Source: a virus
Lineage: Duplodnaviria > Caudoviricetes
Direction: 5' to 3' (one strand)
Virus record (IMG/VR): IMGVR_UViG_3300032007_000036
Location: 1 to 64,000 of that record
Length of the DNA: 64,000 bases
Under the pieces are notes generated by a model that saw only the letters and a program-made list of their open reading frames with translations, was not told where the DNA came from and searched no databases. The position numbers and the translations under genes were made by a program. Shown here piece after piece: positions 36,523 to 46,131 of this stretch. Each line of letters begins with the position of its first letter. The stretch's first letter is position 1.

Positions 36523-39500
36523 ATGCTTCTCACCAAATTGGCGAACCAGGAGGTTGTAAACTTCCTGAGAACCGTTACAATAAAGAATGGTTATTTCGCC
36601 GACCAACTCCTCCAAGTGTTAGTTAGACCTCCGTATAGGGAAGGGCTTCCGATCGAGCGTAATCCGTACTACATGCATCTCACTGGCCAATACATCCTCA
36701 GGGATGAGGTCAATGCGACTCTCACGGATCCGCAGACTGGAGTGAAGTACACTCAGACTTACGGTACCACCTTCTACATCACCAATGAAGACGGTGTGCA
36801 GGTGAAAGTCAAGAACAAGCAAGTCTACACAGACGATGCGTTCGATGAAATGATGTACGTCACATCTCTCGATACCCAGGAAGAGATCCCGTTTACTAGA
36901 GAGAATCTGCACGGTGATGCGGCTAACGCAGCATCAACCGTACATAAGAAGACACTTGAGGCTTACAAGGTTCCTGGTAGGTATTTTGACATGCTCTGCA
37001 AGAAATACCCGAAACAGGTAGATTTGATAAAATCTATAGTATATCTTGTAGATCCGATCAAATTATCTTCAGAGGAGATCGCTGCTTATGGCAGTGATCT
37101 TCCTACCACTAACGATCTTCGTATGCGGGCTGCAATAGAGGCAGAGCATCTTACTCTTCTGCAGTACGACGACAAGATCCTTGAAGACCGCGAACGCTAC
37201 GACATTCTCGACACTGTACGTGCAACACTCAACATCCTCCGTCTGAGGTGGGATGTTAAGGAGTATACCTTCGAAGAGAACTACGCCAATGTCCACTGGG
37301 CAATGATGTGGAGCCTACTTCCGTTGGCTATAGTTGCACAGCGCTACAGCAACATCCGTAGTCCTAGCGTTCATTCCAGTCATGTCTGGGATTACCTTAC
37401 TTCTAAGGGACTCGACTCGTATAGAGGTTATCTTACTCCTGCACAGGAGTTCTTCCTTTACAAGAATTTCCAGTTCTTGAAGGATAACAGTGGTCAGCAC
37501 AGGGTTCTCAACATCCTGATTGACAACCTTCTTACCGAGTACAATCTACACATCGAGTCCAAGACTGTGGTGATGGATAAGACCGGTATCACCAATGAGA
37601 CGGATATTGGTACCAACTACTCTGAGCAGTGCGAGCATTGCTCGAGAAGGTCTATTTGCTACAAGAACATTACCAAGTATGCTTGTAATGAGTTCGTCGG
37701 TATTTCAGAGACTCTAAAGCCGATACCGATTATCCTCAGTGAAGACCTTGCAGGTGTTCGTAAGAAGAAAGTACTTGAGTTGCTCAAGACCAGGTACGAC
37801 TGCGAGGGTGAGGAAGCTGAACAGAGGTATGACCGTTCGTTCATGTGGCACGATGCGGCTATCGACAGCATAACTGCCGAGTTGGATCGCGAGCAGACGA
37901 TCGATACCACAGGAACAGTCGAAGAGCTTGAAGACGTTATTCTCCGTGAACATGAGTCTGGTCTAGAACCAGTCTTCAATGATGGAGTAGTAGAGTCGCA
38001 GAGGACAGATCTTCGTCATGTACGCAGTTCCTACCTCCCGACTAAACTCCTCGAGATCATTGAGGATCCTGTTGAGCCGACATACGACGAGATGTTCACT
38101 AGGTTCGTCACGGACACGTTCCTCCATCTTGCACCTCAGATCATCAACGGCTCTGTTAGTACCAAGGTGTTCGAGTCTTACTCGATGATGATTGGTCAGG
38201 ATGCTCTATCGTTTATCTTCAGCTACGGAGAAATGCTGGCGGCTATGTATCTCGGGTTCATCCGTGAACAGTCGCCTGATATCGTCGTGGACTATCCTGA
38301 TGAGAAAGGCGAGTACACCCAAAGGTCGTTCATCTCCAACTTCAAGGAATATAAGTCCTTTGAGTTCAAGATTCCCTCTACTGCTATCCTTAACACCACA
38401 TTCAAGCTAGGCAAGCCTGTTAAACAGCAGGATCTTGTTGATGCCTGGAGCAACATCGACGAATCACTCAACGAGCTGGGGAACTTTGTCACAACGGAAG
38501 ACGAGTCTCCTGTCGATACCAAGAAGTACTACATCATCTCTGGTGGTGGTTATGTGCTTGCTGGTAACAAGGGATACGTTGCTGAGTGGGAAGATGGAGT
38601 CGAGTACTTCGAGTTCAAGACTCTCAAGGATCTTGCAGTTAACAAAGACGACTCTACTGAGCTCATCACTATCAACGGTGAAATTTATGCCGTTAGTGTC
38701 AGGGACAAGATCTCTGATGAGGACATCGCCAACTGGGAAGGATTCTCCAATGCTTACACCGTACTCGGAAAGTATACGTACAAGAACAACGCGTACATCT
38801 ATTACGAGAACAACGGTGAAATAGCGATCGTTCCCAAGTACTTCAGGTGGCACTCCGATCACTTGAGTGTTCCTTCCTACAGGACGTATGACGAGATGAT
38901 TGCTGGTAATCCAGATCCTAAGCTTGGTGACTTAGCAGTCATCTGGGGAGTTTCTGATGATCCTGCTACCACAAGCGTTGATGAGCGTGTTTACATTTAT
39001 GCCCTCGACAATGTCGGATCAGGCAAGTCCTGGAGACCAGTGATAGCAACCGACCAGTGCGAAGTCATTCAGGTTCCGTTTGAGTATACCTACAACGAAG
39101 CCTCTGGTGACTACAGCATCAAGGTTATGAAGACGACGATTCATGCGCAGAACGATGTTCTCAGTTTTACAGATATAACCTTCCTCACTCCTGAGGATGA
39201 GGTTACCACTGAGGAACTCACTGAGTATCAGAACTTCGTCGCATTTGCTGACTCTGCCAAGGCAACCAAATACGATCTCTGTGAACTGGAGCATTACGTC
39301 AACGTTGACTGGATCATCAACAACTTGTACGTTGAGATGCTAGGACAGATCGACAGCCAGGCTCAGCTTGGAGAGTACATCGAGAAGATGTTCACCATCC
39401 TCGAGAGACTCGACATGATCAGAGCCAGTGCTGGTGATATCAGAACCAAGCTTGCTGTTACTGAATTCCTAAAGGTCATCCTCGTGGACAATAGCAAGAG

Positions 39501-40611
39501 GGAGTTCAAGCTTGTTAACGTTGGAGACAACGCATCTCCTACATACGAGGACTGGTTCCAGTACAACCAGGAGATTGGTAACTCGATCCGCAAGATCGAC
39601 TCTGCTATCAACTCCACGGAGCTCTGGAACGAATTCTCGATCAAGCTGTACGGTGCTCTACTCAAGGGATGCGGACTTGCTTATGCCAACATCTCTACAG
39701 ACAAGACCAAGTACAACAAACTTAAGGCACTCATCAAGAGTCTGAGCAGTTATCTGATCAACTTCACAGACGGCAATTCAATCAGTCGAGTGAGCACTGA
39801 ACTGCCCCACATTGCCGAAGATACACACGATCATGCTCTGTCGTTCAAGTCGTTCATCGACATGTCCGTCGTGACTGAAACAACTGACAGACCCAAGACC
39901 GGAGACATCAATGGTGATGAGTATGGTAGGTTGTTCATACCAGTAAGAGAGAGGTTTGCTGTTGACGACGACGTGATTTACTTCCATCGTCGGTTCCACA
40001 CTGACATGGACAGCAACGGTCAGATCATTCCGTACACCGACGACGAGTTCAACGGTAGCGGAGTTGAGTTCGTGAGAGACGGCACTATCATCAAGGGAAG
40101 TGACCTTAGCAAGCATCCTTACTACTTCTTCGTCAATATGAAGGATCTGGTTGGTGCTTCCGAAGACCAGCTGGTAAGAGCTATCCGCATGGAGAACGAT
40201 GATCCCAGCAGGACTTACAACTGGTACTACCAGATCGGTACTAAGGTTACTAAGACAAAGATGGTTCCAACGTATCCTGCAGATCCCGAGGCAAGTGCAT
40301 CAGAAGCAGCTGTCTACGAGAGTGTTGCTAAGATGACAACATCTTCTGAGGTTGTCAACTCTGTTTCTTACAATAAGGAGATAGAGTATGAGGATATCGA
40401 GTGGAGTGATCCTGATTTCACACTTAGCAGCACAATTGCTGTTCTTGAGAAACTGTCTGCATATCTCAATCTCTACACTAGGAAGTGGGCTTTGACTTGC
40501 AGGTCTGACGTAGAACTGCAGGAGATAGGCTACCTGCTTACCGAAGACGAGAATGGGAATCTCGTGAGAGACAGTGCTCAGAAAGATCATGTCTACGAAA
40601 CACAGTTATAA
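36523..40611 (+). CDS. Large virion/baseplate protein (phiKZ gp128-like, extended)
   Basis: YYMHLTGQY, MYVTSLDTQEEIPFTRENL, VHSSHVWDYLTSKG and FLYKN motifs. Confidence 0.75.
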   Translation: MLLTKLANQEVVNFLRTVTIKNGYFADQLLQVLVRPPYREGLPIERNPYYMHLTGQYILRDEVNATLTDPQTGVKYTQTYGTTFYITNEDGVQVKVKNKQVYTDDAFDEMMYVTSLDTQEEIPFTRENLHGDAANAASTVHKKTLEAYKVPGRYFDMLCKKYPKQVDLIKSIVYLVDPIKLSSEEIAAYGSDLPTTNDLRMRAAIEAEHLTLLQYDDKILEDRERYDILDTVRATLNILRLRWDVKEYTFEENYANVHWAMMWSLLPLAIVAQRYSNIRSPSVHSSHVWDYLTSKGLDSYRGYLTPAQEFFLYKNFQFLKDNSGQHRVLNILIDNLLTEYNLHIESKTVVMDKTGITNETDIGTNYSEQCEHCSRRSICYKNITKYACNEFVGISETLKPIPIILSEDLAGVRKKKVLELLKTRYDCEGEEAEQRYDRSFMWHDAAIDSITAELDREQTIDTTGTVEELEDVILREHESGLEPVFNDGVVESQRTDLRHVRSSYLPTKLLEIIEDPVEPTYDEMFTRFVTDTFLHLAPQIINGSVSTKVFESYSMMIGQDALSFIFSYGEMLAAMYLGFIREQSPDIVVDYPDEKGEYTQRSFISNFKEYKSFEFKIPSTAILNTTFKLGKPVKQQDLVDAWSNIDESLNELGNFVTTEDESPVDTKKYYIISGGGYVLAGNKGYVAEWEDGVEYFEFKTLKDLAVNKDDSTELITINGEIYAVSVRDKISDEDIANWEGFSNAYTVLGKYTYKNNAYIYYENNGEIAIVPKYFRWHSDHLSVPSYRTYDEMIAGNPDPKLGDLAVIWGVSDDPATTSVDERVYIYALDNVGSGKSWRPVIATDQCEVIQVPFEYTYNEASGDYSIKVMKTTIHAQNDVLSFTDITFLTPEDEVTTEELTEYQNFVAFADSAKATKYDLCELEHYVNVDWIINNLYVEMLGQIDSQAQLGEYIEKMFTILERLDMIRASAGDIRTKLAVTEFLKVILVDNSKREFKLVNVGDNASPTYEDWFQYNQEIGNSIRKIDSAINSTELWNEFSIKLYGALLKGCGLAYANISTDKTKYNKLKALIKSLSSYLINFTDGNSISRVSTELPHIAEDTHDHALSFKSFIDMSVVTETTDRPKTGDINGDEYGRLFIPVRERFAVDDDVIYFHRRFHTDMDSNGQIIPYTDDEFNGSGVEFVRDGTIIKGSDLSKHPYYFFVNMKDLVGASEDQLVRAIRMENDDPSRTYNWYYQIGTKVTKTKMVPTYPADPEASASEAAVYESVAKMTTSSEVVNSVSYNKEIEYEDIEWSDPDFTLSSTIAVLEKLSAYLNLYTRKWALTCRSDVELQEIGYLLTEDENGNLVRDSAQKDHVYETQL

Positions 40612-40624
40612 CTAAGGAACACAA

Positions 40625-41443
40625 ATGAGCGAAGTCGCATACAAAACATCAATCGTCACGACTACAGAGTTGGGGAGAATCAATCAGCTCTCCGCTACGG
40701 TTGCGACGAAGTTTCTTGTTCTCCCTGACACTACTCTCAACAAGAAGTACAATGTCCTTACGGAGGCAAGCATAACGACGTTCCCTCGTATTCGATACTT
40801 CGGTATCGGCATCAAGGGTTACGCCAACATCTCCTCGGAGAACAACATCGCACAGCCGTATCAGCCTTCACCGTCTGACATGGATCTGTACGAACCCATT
40901 CCGTTCAGATGTGTACCAACACCACTCAGTCAGACTGAAGCTGCCAAGTACCGTATGGTGACCAAGGTTACACTCAACGGTAGGACGTACTATCAGTACT
41001 GGTTGAAGTTGCTGGAGTTCGAAACCGATCAGCCCAAGTTGACTACTGTCACTGGTAACCGTGAGGTTGCGCATATACTCAATACCTCGAACCTCTATCC
41101 GACTCCTACCAACCTTACTGGTACGGACGTTAGTAGCTCCATCGGTTCACGCAGCGAAGTGTCGGTAACGGCCATTCGCCGTGTGACTGGTGAAGAGGTC
41201 TGCGAGGTTATCGGTGTTATGTATGGCGGTGATCTCCGTCGTGCACGGATCTCAGAGTTCGGTCTGTACTCTGGCATTGAGAAGGCTCAGTGCACTCTCG
41301 ATGGTATCCCATACACCTACAATGAGGCCGCGTATGTTCAGCTCGCTTCTCACATGTGCATGATCGGTCACGATCTGTCCAGTGTGAACTCGAGCATCGA
41401 CGAACGCTGCGTCATCCAGACCGGTGCTGTGATTCAGATCTAA
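40625..41443 (+). CDS. Virion structural protein (phiKZ gp127-like)
   Basis: TTLNKKY, RYFGIGIKG, LYEPIPF and ISEFGLYSG motifs; synteny. Confidence 0.7.
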   Translation: MSEVAYKTSIVTTTELGRINQLSATVATKFLVLPDTTLNKKYNVLTEASITTFPRIRYFGIGIKGYANISSENNIAQPYQPSPSDMDLYEPIPFRCVPTPLSQTEAAKYRMVTKVTLNGRTYYQYWLKLLEFETDQPKLTTVTGNREVAHILNTSNLYPTPTNLTGTDVSSSIGSRSEVSVTAIRRVTGEEVCEVIGVMYGGDLRRARISEFGLYSGIEKAQCTLDGIPYTYNEAAYVQLASHMCMIGHDLSSVNSSIDERCVIQTGAVIQI

Positions 41444-41462
41444 AAAGACTGAAAAAGAATAG

Positions 41463-41495
41463 GCAGACTGGGTGGCTCGAAGCCACCCAGTCTGC
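41463..41495. terminator. Bidirectional terminator
   Basis: GCAGACTGGGTGGC/GCCACCCAGTCTGC stem with A- and T-tracts on either side. Confidence 0.85.
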
Positions 41496-41514
41496 TTCTC
41501 TTTTTTGTTTTGAA

Positions 41515-43197
41515 TCAGTAGTACCTTCTCGATCCAACCCAGAGTTTACCGTCGGTGGTATTCCCATAGTTGAGCGAGATAGCACCATCTTGAACTTCGC
41601 AAATCAGTCCATAAGGGACAAGCGCAAAGTTGCTGGCATTGGACGCTTTGGTCCTGGCTATCGCCCGCATCAGGAAGTATGCGGTGTCATTGTTCACGGA
41701 CCCATTGTCATAACAGCACGACACGATCTTGCCATCGCTGCTCCAAGAAGCTGCGTCGCTGACAGGCTGGTTACACCAGGTGATGATGCGTGGAACCTGG
41801 ATAACTGCAAAATTCCTGTCAACAAGCTGCAGTTTAGAGGAGAGCTGCTGCTCAACCGTAGTCGCAGTTGTCGTCTTGGATCCATTGATCGTCTTCTGAG
41901 TGGCCAGATACTTCGCGAAGAAGTTATCAGTGGCTTCCCAAGTACCAGACACGTCGTTCTTCCATATCGGCGGAATCGCGCGGCTATAGATGTCCATAAC
42001 AGACGGATCGGATATCGGATCAAGGATCCTCGTAACCGTTCCGTTGATAACGACAGTGTCCAGAACTTTCTGAACGACCGACTTCAGCGCCTGATCGAAA
42101 TCTTTGATCTGATGCAGGGCGTCTCTTGTGTTCTTATCCATGTTACCTGTTACCAGGTCATAGATACCACTCAGGCTGGAAGCCGAGAGTTTCCATTCCA
42201 GATAATGACTAGGTGTCGAGTCAATCAGTTCACCGGACAGAACGTGCTCATTGAACTCATCAACGATCATCTGGTGAAACGCATTAACTGCGCCAGACGG
42301 ATGGTCACCAGACACGGTCATGATCGCTTTGAGACGATCACCTACCCTGTCATCGCTGATGTTGGTCACAGGACCGACCACAGCCTTGATGAGATTCTTA
42401 AAAGCATTACGGTCCACATTCTTCAGGACCTTAAGCTGACGATAGCAGACAGTGATGAACTTCTTGACGTTGTCCTCAGCAGGGAGCAATCCCTTGAACG
42501 CGTTGACTGCTTCTGTTGGAGACAGATACCTAGGACGATCATCTATCACATACGCTTCTGCAATCGGAGAACCATCGGAGCTCATGAACTCCTGAATGCT
42601 GAATCCAGTATTGTTGAGCGTGTGGTTAATCGTCTTGGTCTGATCGAGACCGGGCTCTGCCCATTTCGGCTTCTCCTTAGGTTCAGGAGATTTGGCAGTC
42701 TTATCGCTTGTGCGTCCTCTCGGAGTAGGCGCAATAGTCTCAGGCTGATATCTTCCGGCTACAGGTCCACGTTGGAATGCAGGTGCTCCTGCTCCACGAT
42801 TCCCGGCATACCAGCTGCTACCACCTGCTGCAAATCCACCTCTCTGGACATAGCCACCAGCACCCATCATCGGTCGATACCCAGGAGCTCCAGGATTGAC
42901 TATCATTCCACCACAATATCCGCCACCAACCTGATATGCTGCTTGCTGACGAATATACTGGACCATAGGACCGATCAGGTTATCGTAAATCAACTTCTCC
43001 ATGTGCTGCTCACCCTGTATCGAGGGGAGCGACGCAATGGCATTCTGGACGAACTGAGCGAACTCAGGTCCGTTCACCTTACTCATGATGAAGTTTGCCT
43101 CCACCTGAGTTATCCGCTGCTGAGCCAGAAGGTTGTTGACAACCTTAGGATACATCTGACATGCTAGCTGATAATAAGGATGACTTTGATCAATCAT
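41515..43197 (-). CDS. Hypothetical protein with a Gly-rich low-complexity segment
   Basis: 560 aa, in an operon after the RNAP subunit. Confidence 0.7.
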   Translation of the reverse strand: MIDQSHPYYQLACQMYPKVVNNLLAQQRITQVEANFIMSKVNGPEFAQFVQNAIASLPSIQGEQHMEKLIYDNLIGPMVQYIRQQAAYQVGGGYCGGMIVNPGAPGYRPMMGAGGYVQRGGFAAGGSSWYAGNRGAGAPAFQRGPVAGRYQPETIAPTPRGRTSDKTAKSPEPKEKPKWAEPGLDQTKTINHTLNNTGFSIQEFMSSDGSPIAEAYVIDDRPRYLSPTEAVNAFKGLLPAEDNVKKFITVCYRQLKVLKNVDRNAFKNLIKAVVGPVTNISDDRVGDRLKAIMTVSGDHPSGAVNAFHQMIVDEFNEHVLSGELIDSTPSHYLEWKLSASSLSGIYDLVTGNMDKNTRDALHQIKDFDQALKSVVQKVLDTVVINGTVTRILDPISDPSVMDIYSRAIPPIWKNDVSGTWEATDNFFAKYLATQKTINGSKTTTATTVEQQLSSKLQLVDRNFAVIQVPRIITWCNQPVSDAASWSSDGKIVSCCYDNGSVNNDTAYFLMRAIARTKASNASNFALVPYGLICEVQDGAISLNYGNTTDGKLWVGSRRYY

Positions 43198-43214
43198 GAT
43201 GCGTTACTCTTCCT

Positions 43215-44786
43215 TTAGTCGAACACATGTTCCAAGATCTTGGAGTGTTCTTTGTTTTCAATGATGTTGCCTTCGTCGTCTATCTGCAGATACGGATTGA
43301 TGGATCCTGTAGACACCGGAGTACTTGCAGGGATGTCCAGAATACTTGTTACCGCAATATGCGAAGGATGCGACTTCAACAGATGCGGCGGAATCCTTGT
43401 AGTTGTCCGTTTCTTCTTTCTTCCATAACCATACTGAGACTCGACAGAGTCCAAAGACAAGAATCGTTTACCTGCAACCGTGAGAAGGAGATTGTCTCCA
43501 TACACAGATGGCTCAGGCCTGAAGATGGAAGTCATGCTTATCCAAGACGGACGTTGCGATGCCTTCCTACAGAACGTCTTCACTACCTCTGGCGTCAAGG
43601 ACGCCCCGCGTTTTGAGTTGATGATTCCGTACTGCTGTGTTGTGATCCCACGGATGACTCCACCCATGAGTTGATCGAGACTACCGATCATTTTGTCATA
43701 CAGGTTGATCGGATTGTAACTCACAATCAACTTGTCGATGTTGAAGAACATGTGGTGCAGCAAGTCATAAGTGTCCGTCACATCAATACCAACAGACGCT
43801 AGCTTCTTCTGCGCCACACCATCAAGCATCAGGTCGGTCATGTCCAAATGTGTCCAAGCGTTCTTGAGCACTAGTGCGTTCATCGGGACATTACGGTTCT
43901 TAGAACAGATATACCGACCGAGTGTGGTGCAGTAATACTCTGTATCATCTCCGATTACGTCGGCTGGAGTGAAGACTGTATTCTCCAGATAGATCTTGAA
44001 CAGTGACAAGACCATTCTCTTAAAGAAGATGTCATTCTCCAGAAGCTTCTTGTTGGCCTTGAGGAACAACCCGTTAGGCAGCATGAAGTACTCATTAGCT
44101 TTGTCATCAACCAGTCCTTCGTGGACTACAGAGATAGAACCTTCGGGGATGTTGTACCACTTCATCGTCCCTCGGAATCCTTTTCGACATAGAGGATACA
44201 AAACCAGGGGGATGCGTTCCCCTTTCTTGCTTACTTGCCCCATGTAGATCTTAACTGTAACCAGGATGTCCCAGTAATGATTACCACTGATGGCTTCTAG
44301 CTGAACCTTGTCGGTTGACCTTCTACCAAAGGTTATCGGAACTCGCATCACCTTGACGATGATGGTTCCAGAATCAGTCACGTTAACACTACCGCGCTCA
44401 ACGATTGGGAAGAGCGGGTAATATTCCGTGTCGTTATAGACAACGCACTCGTTCTGAAGATACGGGATCTCAACGTAGATGTAATACGGATCTCCCTGGA
44501 ACGAAAATTCAAACCGTACTGTTGAAGTCTCTGTCCGTCGGATAGACACTTGGCCTTTGTGGATACTGTTCTCAATCAAGTAGTCCAGACGTTCTTCGGG
44601 TGTCAGAGTTCTGTACCCGATATACTGGAGCTGGTTGTTGAAGAACGTAACCGTCTGCCTGAACGCTGAGTCCAGGTACTCCGGTATACTTGCTATCTTA
44701 CGCTTCCTGAATCCGTAGATCAGGTCGTCGTTGAAAGGCCGCATGGCAGATGAGATCCGTTGGGAAACCTCATTCAAGATATTCAT
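43215..44786 (-). CDS. Non-virion RNA polymerase beta N-terminal subunit (phiKZ gp123-like)
   Basis: YIGYRTLTPEE, NLYDKMI and HPS..V....P...P..TGSINPY motifs; size about 520 aa. Confidence 0.75.
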   Translation of the reverse strand: MNILNEVSQRISSAMRPFNDDLIYGFRKRKIASIPEYLDSAFRQTVTFFNNQLQYIGYRTLTPEERLDYLIENSIHKGQVSIRRTETSTVRFEFSFQGDPYYIYVEIPYLQNECVVYNDTEYYPLFPIVERGSVNVTDSGTIIVKVMRVPITFGRRSTDKVQLEAISGNHYWDILVTVKIYMGQVSKKGERIPLVLYPLCRKGFRGTMKWYNIPEGSISVVHEGLVDDKANEYFMLPNGLFLKANKKLLENDIFFKRMVLSLFKIYLENTVFTPADVIGDDTEYYCTTLGRYICSKNRNVPMNALVLKNAWTHLDMTDLMLDGVAQKKLASVGIDVTDTYDLLHHMFFNIDKLIVSYNPINLYDKMIGSLDQLMGGVIRGITTQQYGIINSKRGASLTPEVVKTFCRKASQRPSWISMTSIFRPEPSVYGDNLLLTVAGKRFLSLDSVESQYGYGRKKKRTTTRIPPHLLKSHPSHIAVTSILDIPASTPVSTGSINPYLQIDDEGNIIENKEHSKILEHVFD

Positions 44787-44795
44787 TTTGTCCTT

Positions 44796-45992
44796 TCATT
44801 TCTTTTTGGCTTGTAGAGCTAGTGCGGCACTGGTCACGGTGGTTATCGCTGTCAGAACTGCGATGGCGAACTTGAACAAGGACTCTCTACGTTCATGATC
44901 GTTCTTCATTTCAGTTATCCTGCGATCCTCTCGCTGAGCCGCAAGCTTATCCTCTTTCGCATATCTCTCGACGTTCGCTGCATTGACTGAACTCCAGTAT
45001 TCGTTCAGTCGTTTGAATTCATCACGTTCACGGATGCTGTCCGCTAGCTTGGCCTTAAGATCTGCGACGGTAGCGTCCTTGGTTGCGATCTGAGACCTCA
45101 ACCTGTTGTCCGCTGTCTTCCTATCCTCTGCTATTTGAGCTTGCAGATTAGCAACTGTTTGATCGTGAACCTCTTTAGATATCATACCAGTTACTTGAAT
45201 AGCCGAAGAGTTAACTCCAGCATCTTTCTTGGCAATGACTCTCTGCAGAGATTCAATCGAACTGGCAACACAGACAATGTCTCCAGATTGGACACGATAA
45301 GGTTCCTCGAGATCAATGTCTTTCAAGTTGATCGTGAAGACTGGAACAGTCGCACGTTCTTCTTGAAGATGATTACTCGGATACCTTAGGTAACAAGAGA
45401 GCGTAGTGGCTTCAGTGGTTACTTCACCACCTTCACCATCTATCAACGGAACCAATCGGTTGGAATGTCTACATCTGATGCATATGGTTTGACCCAATGC
45501 CTGGACATAGAGAACCTCGAATCGGTTCATCGGATCCTTCACCTCGAATACGAATCGAGGATCAGTTAGCTCAAAGTCTGAAGCAGACTCCTGGAGATCT
45601 GGACAATACTCAGATTCTGCCAGCATGTTCTTGGCGACTAGGGAATGCTCCGCAGTCGACACTGTCAATCCAAACTCTTCCAGCTTAATCGGATAGAGCA
45701 TAAAGTCATCGTACGGGATCTGAATCCGTTTTGTCGGAATCGGAATGTCCTTGGGAGCTCCACCTAGCGTATCTTTAGACCGTCTTCCATTGAACTCTCT
45801 TTGATAGATTTCAACGAACGGTTTCTGTGCAGCTAAAGCTCTTGGCCATTTTGGTATGACTGTTTGTCTTCCCGTATGGTCTGTGATTACTACATCAACT
45901 GGACCCCAGTTGTGTATCTGCATCTCCTTATAGTAGGCAGGATAGAGAGTGGACAGTGCAAGACTGTCCACCTCTTGGGTAGTATAACCCAT
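44796..45992 (-). CDS. Hypothetical protein with a coiled coil and C-terminal transmembrane helix
   Basis: Start MGYTTQE after GGAGG; C-terminal FAIAVLTAITTVTSAALAL. Confidence 0.7.
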   Translation of the reverse strand: MGYTTQEVDSLALSTLYPAYYKEMQIHNWGPVDVVITDHTGRQTVIPKWPRALAAQKPFVEIYQREFNGRRSKDTLGGAPKDIPIPTKRIQIPYDDFMLYPIKLEEFGLTVSTAEHSLVAKNMLAESEYCPDLQESASDFELTDPRFVFEVKDPMNRFEVLYVQALGQTICIRCRHSNRLVPLIDGEGGEVTTEATTLSCYLRYPSNHLQEERATVPVFTINLKDIDLEEPYRVQSGDIVCVASSIESLQRVIAKKDAGVNSSAIQVTGMISKEVHDQTVANLQAQIAEDRKTADNRLRSQIATKDATVADLKAKLADSIRERDEFKRLNEYWSSVNAANVERYAKEDKLAAQREDRRITEMKNDHERRESLFKFAIAVLTAITTVTSAALALQAKKK

Positions 45993-46024
45993 CTTAATCC
46001 TCCACTTGGGTTGCACGCACTGTA

Positions 46025-46032
46025 GTAATATA
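46025..46032 (-). promoter_or_regulatory. Early-type promoter (TATATTAC)
   Basis: Upstream of the operon containing the non-virion RNAP subunit, as expected for an early promoter. Confidence 0.72.
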
Positions 46033-46090
46033 TGCGTAGAATCCAAATGGGCACTGGTATAATTTAGGAGGAATATGTAATAAAAGAACA

Positions 46091-46127
46091 AGGCACCACT
46101 CAGGGCCAAAAGCCCTGAGTGGTGCCT
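46091..46127 (-). terminator. Intrinsic terminator
   Basis: AGGCACCACTCAGGG/CCCTGAGTGGTGCCT stem. Confidence 0.8.
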
Positions 46128-46131
46128 GTAG

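Noticed and set aside
41356-43167. 603-aa + strand ORF
   Set aside because: Antisense to 41515-43197, runs through a strong terminator, and has shadow-like composition.
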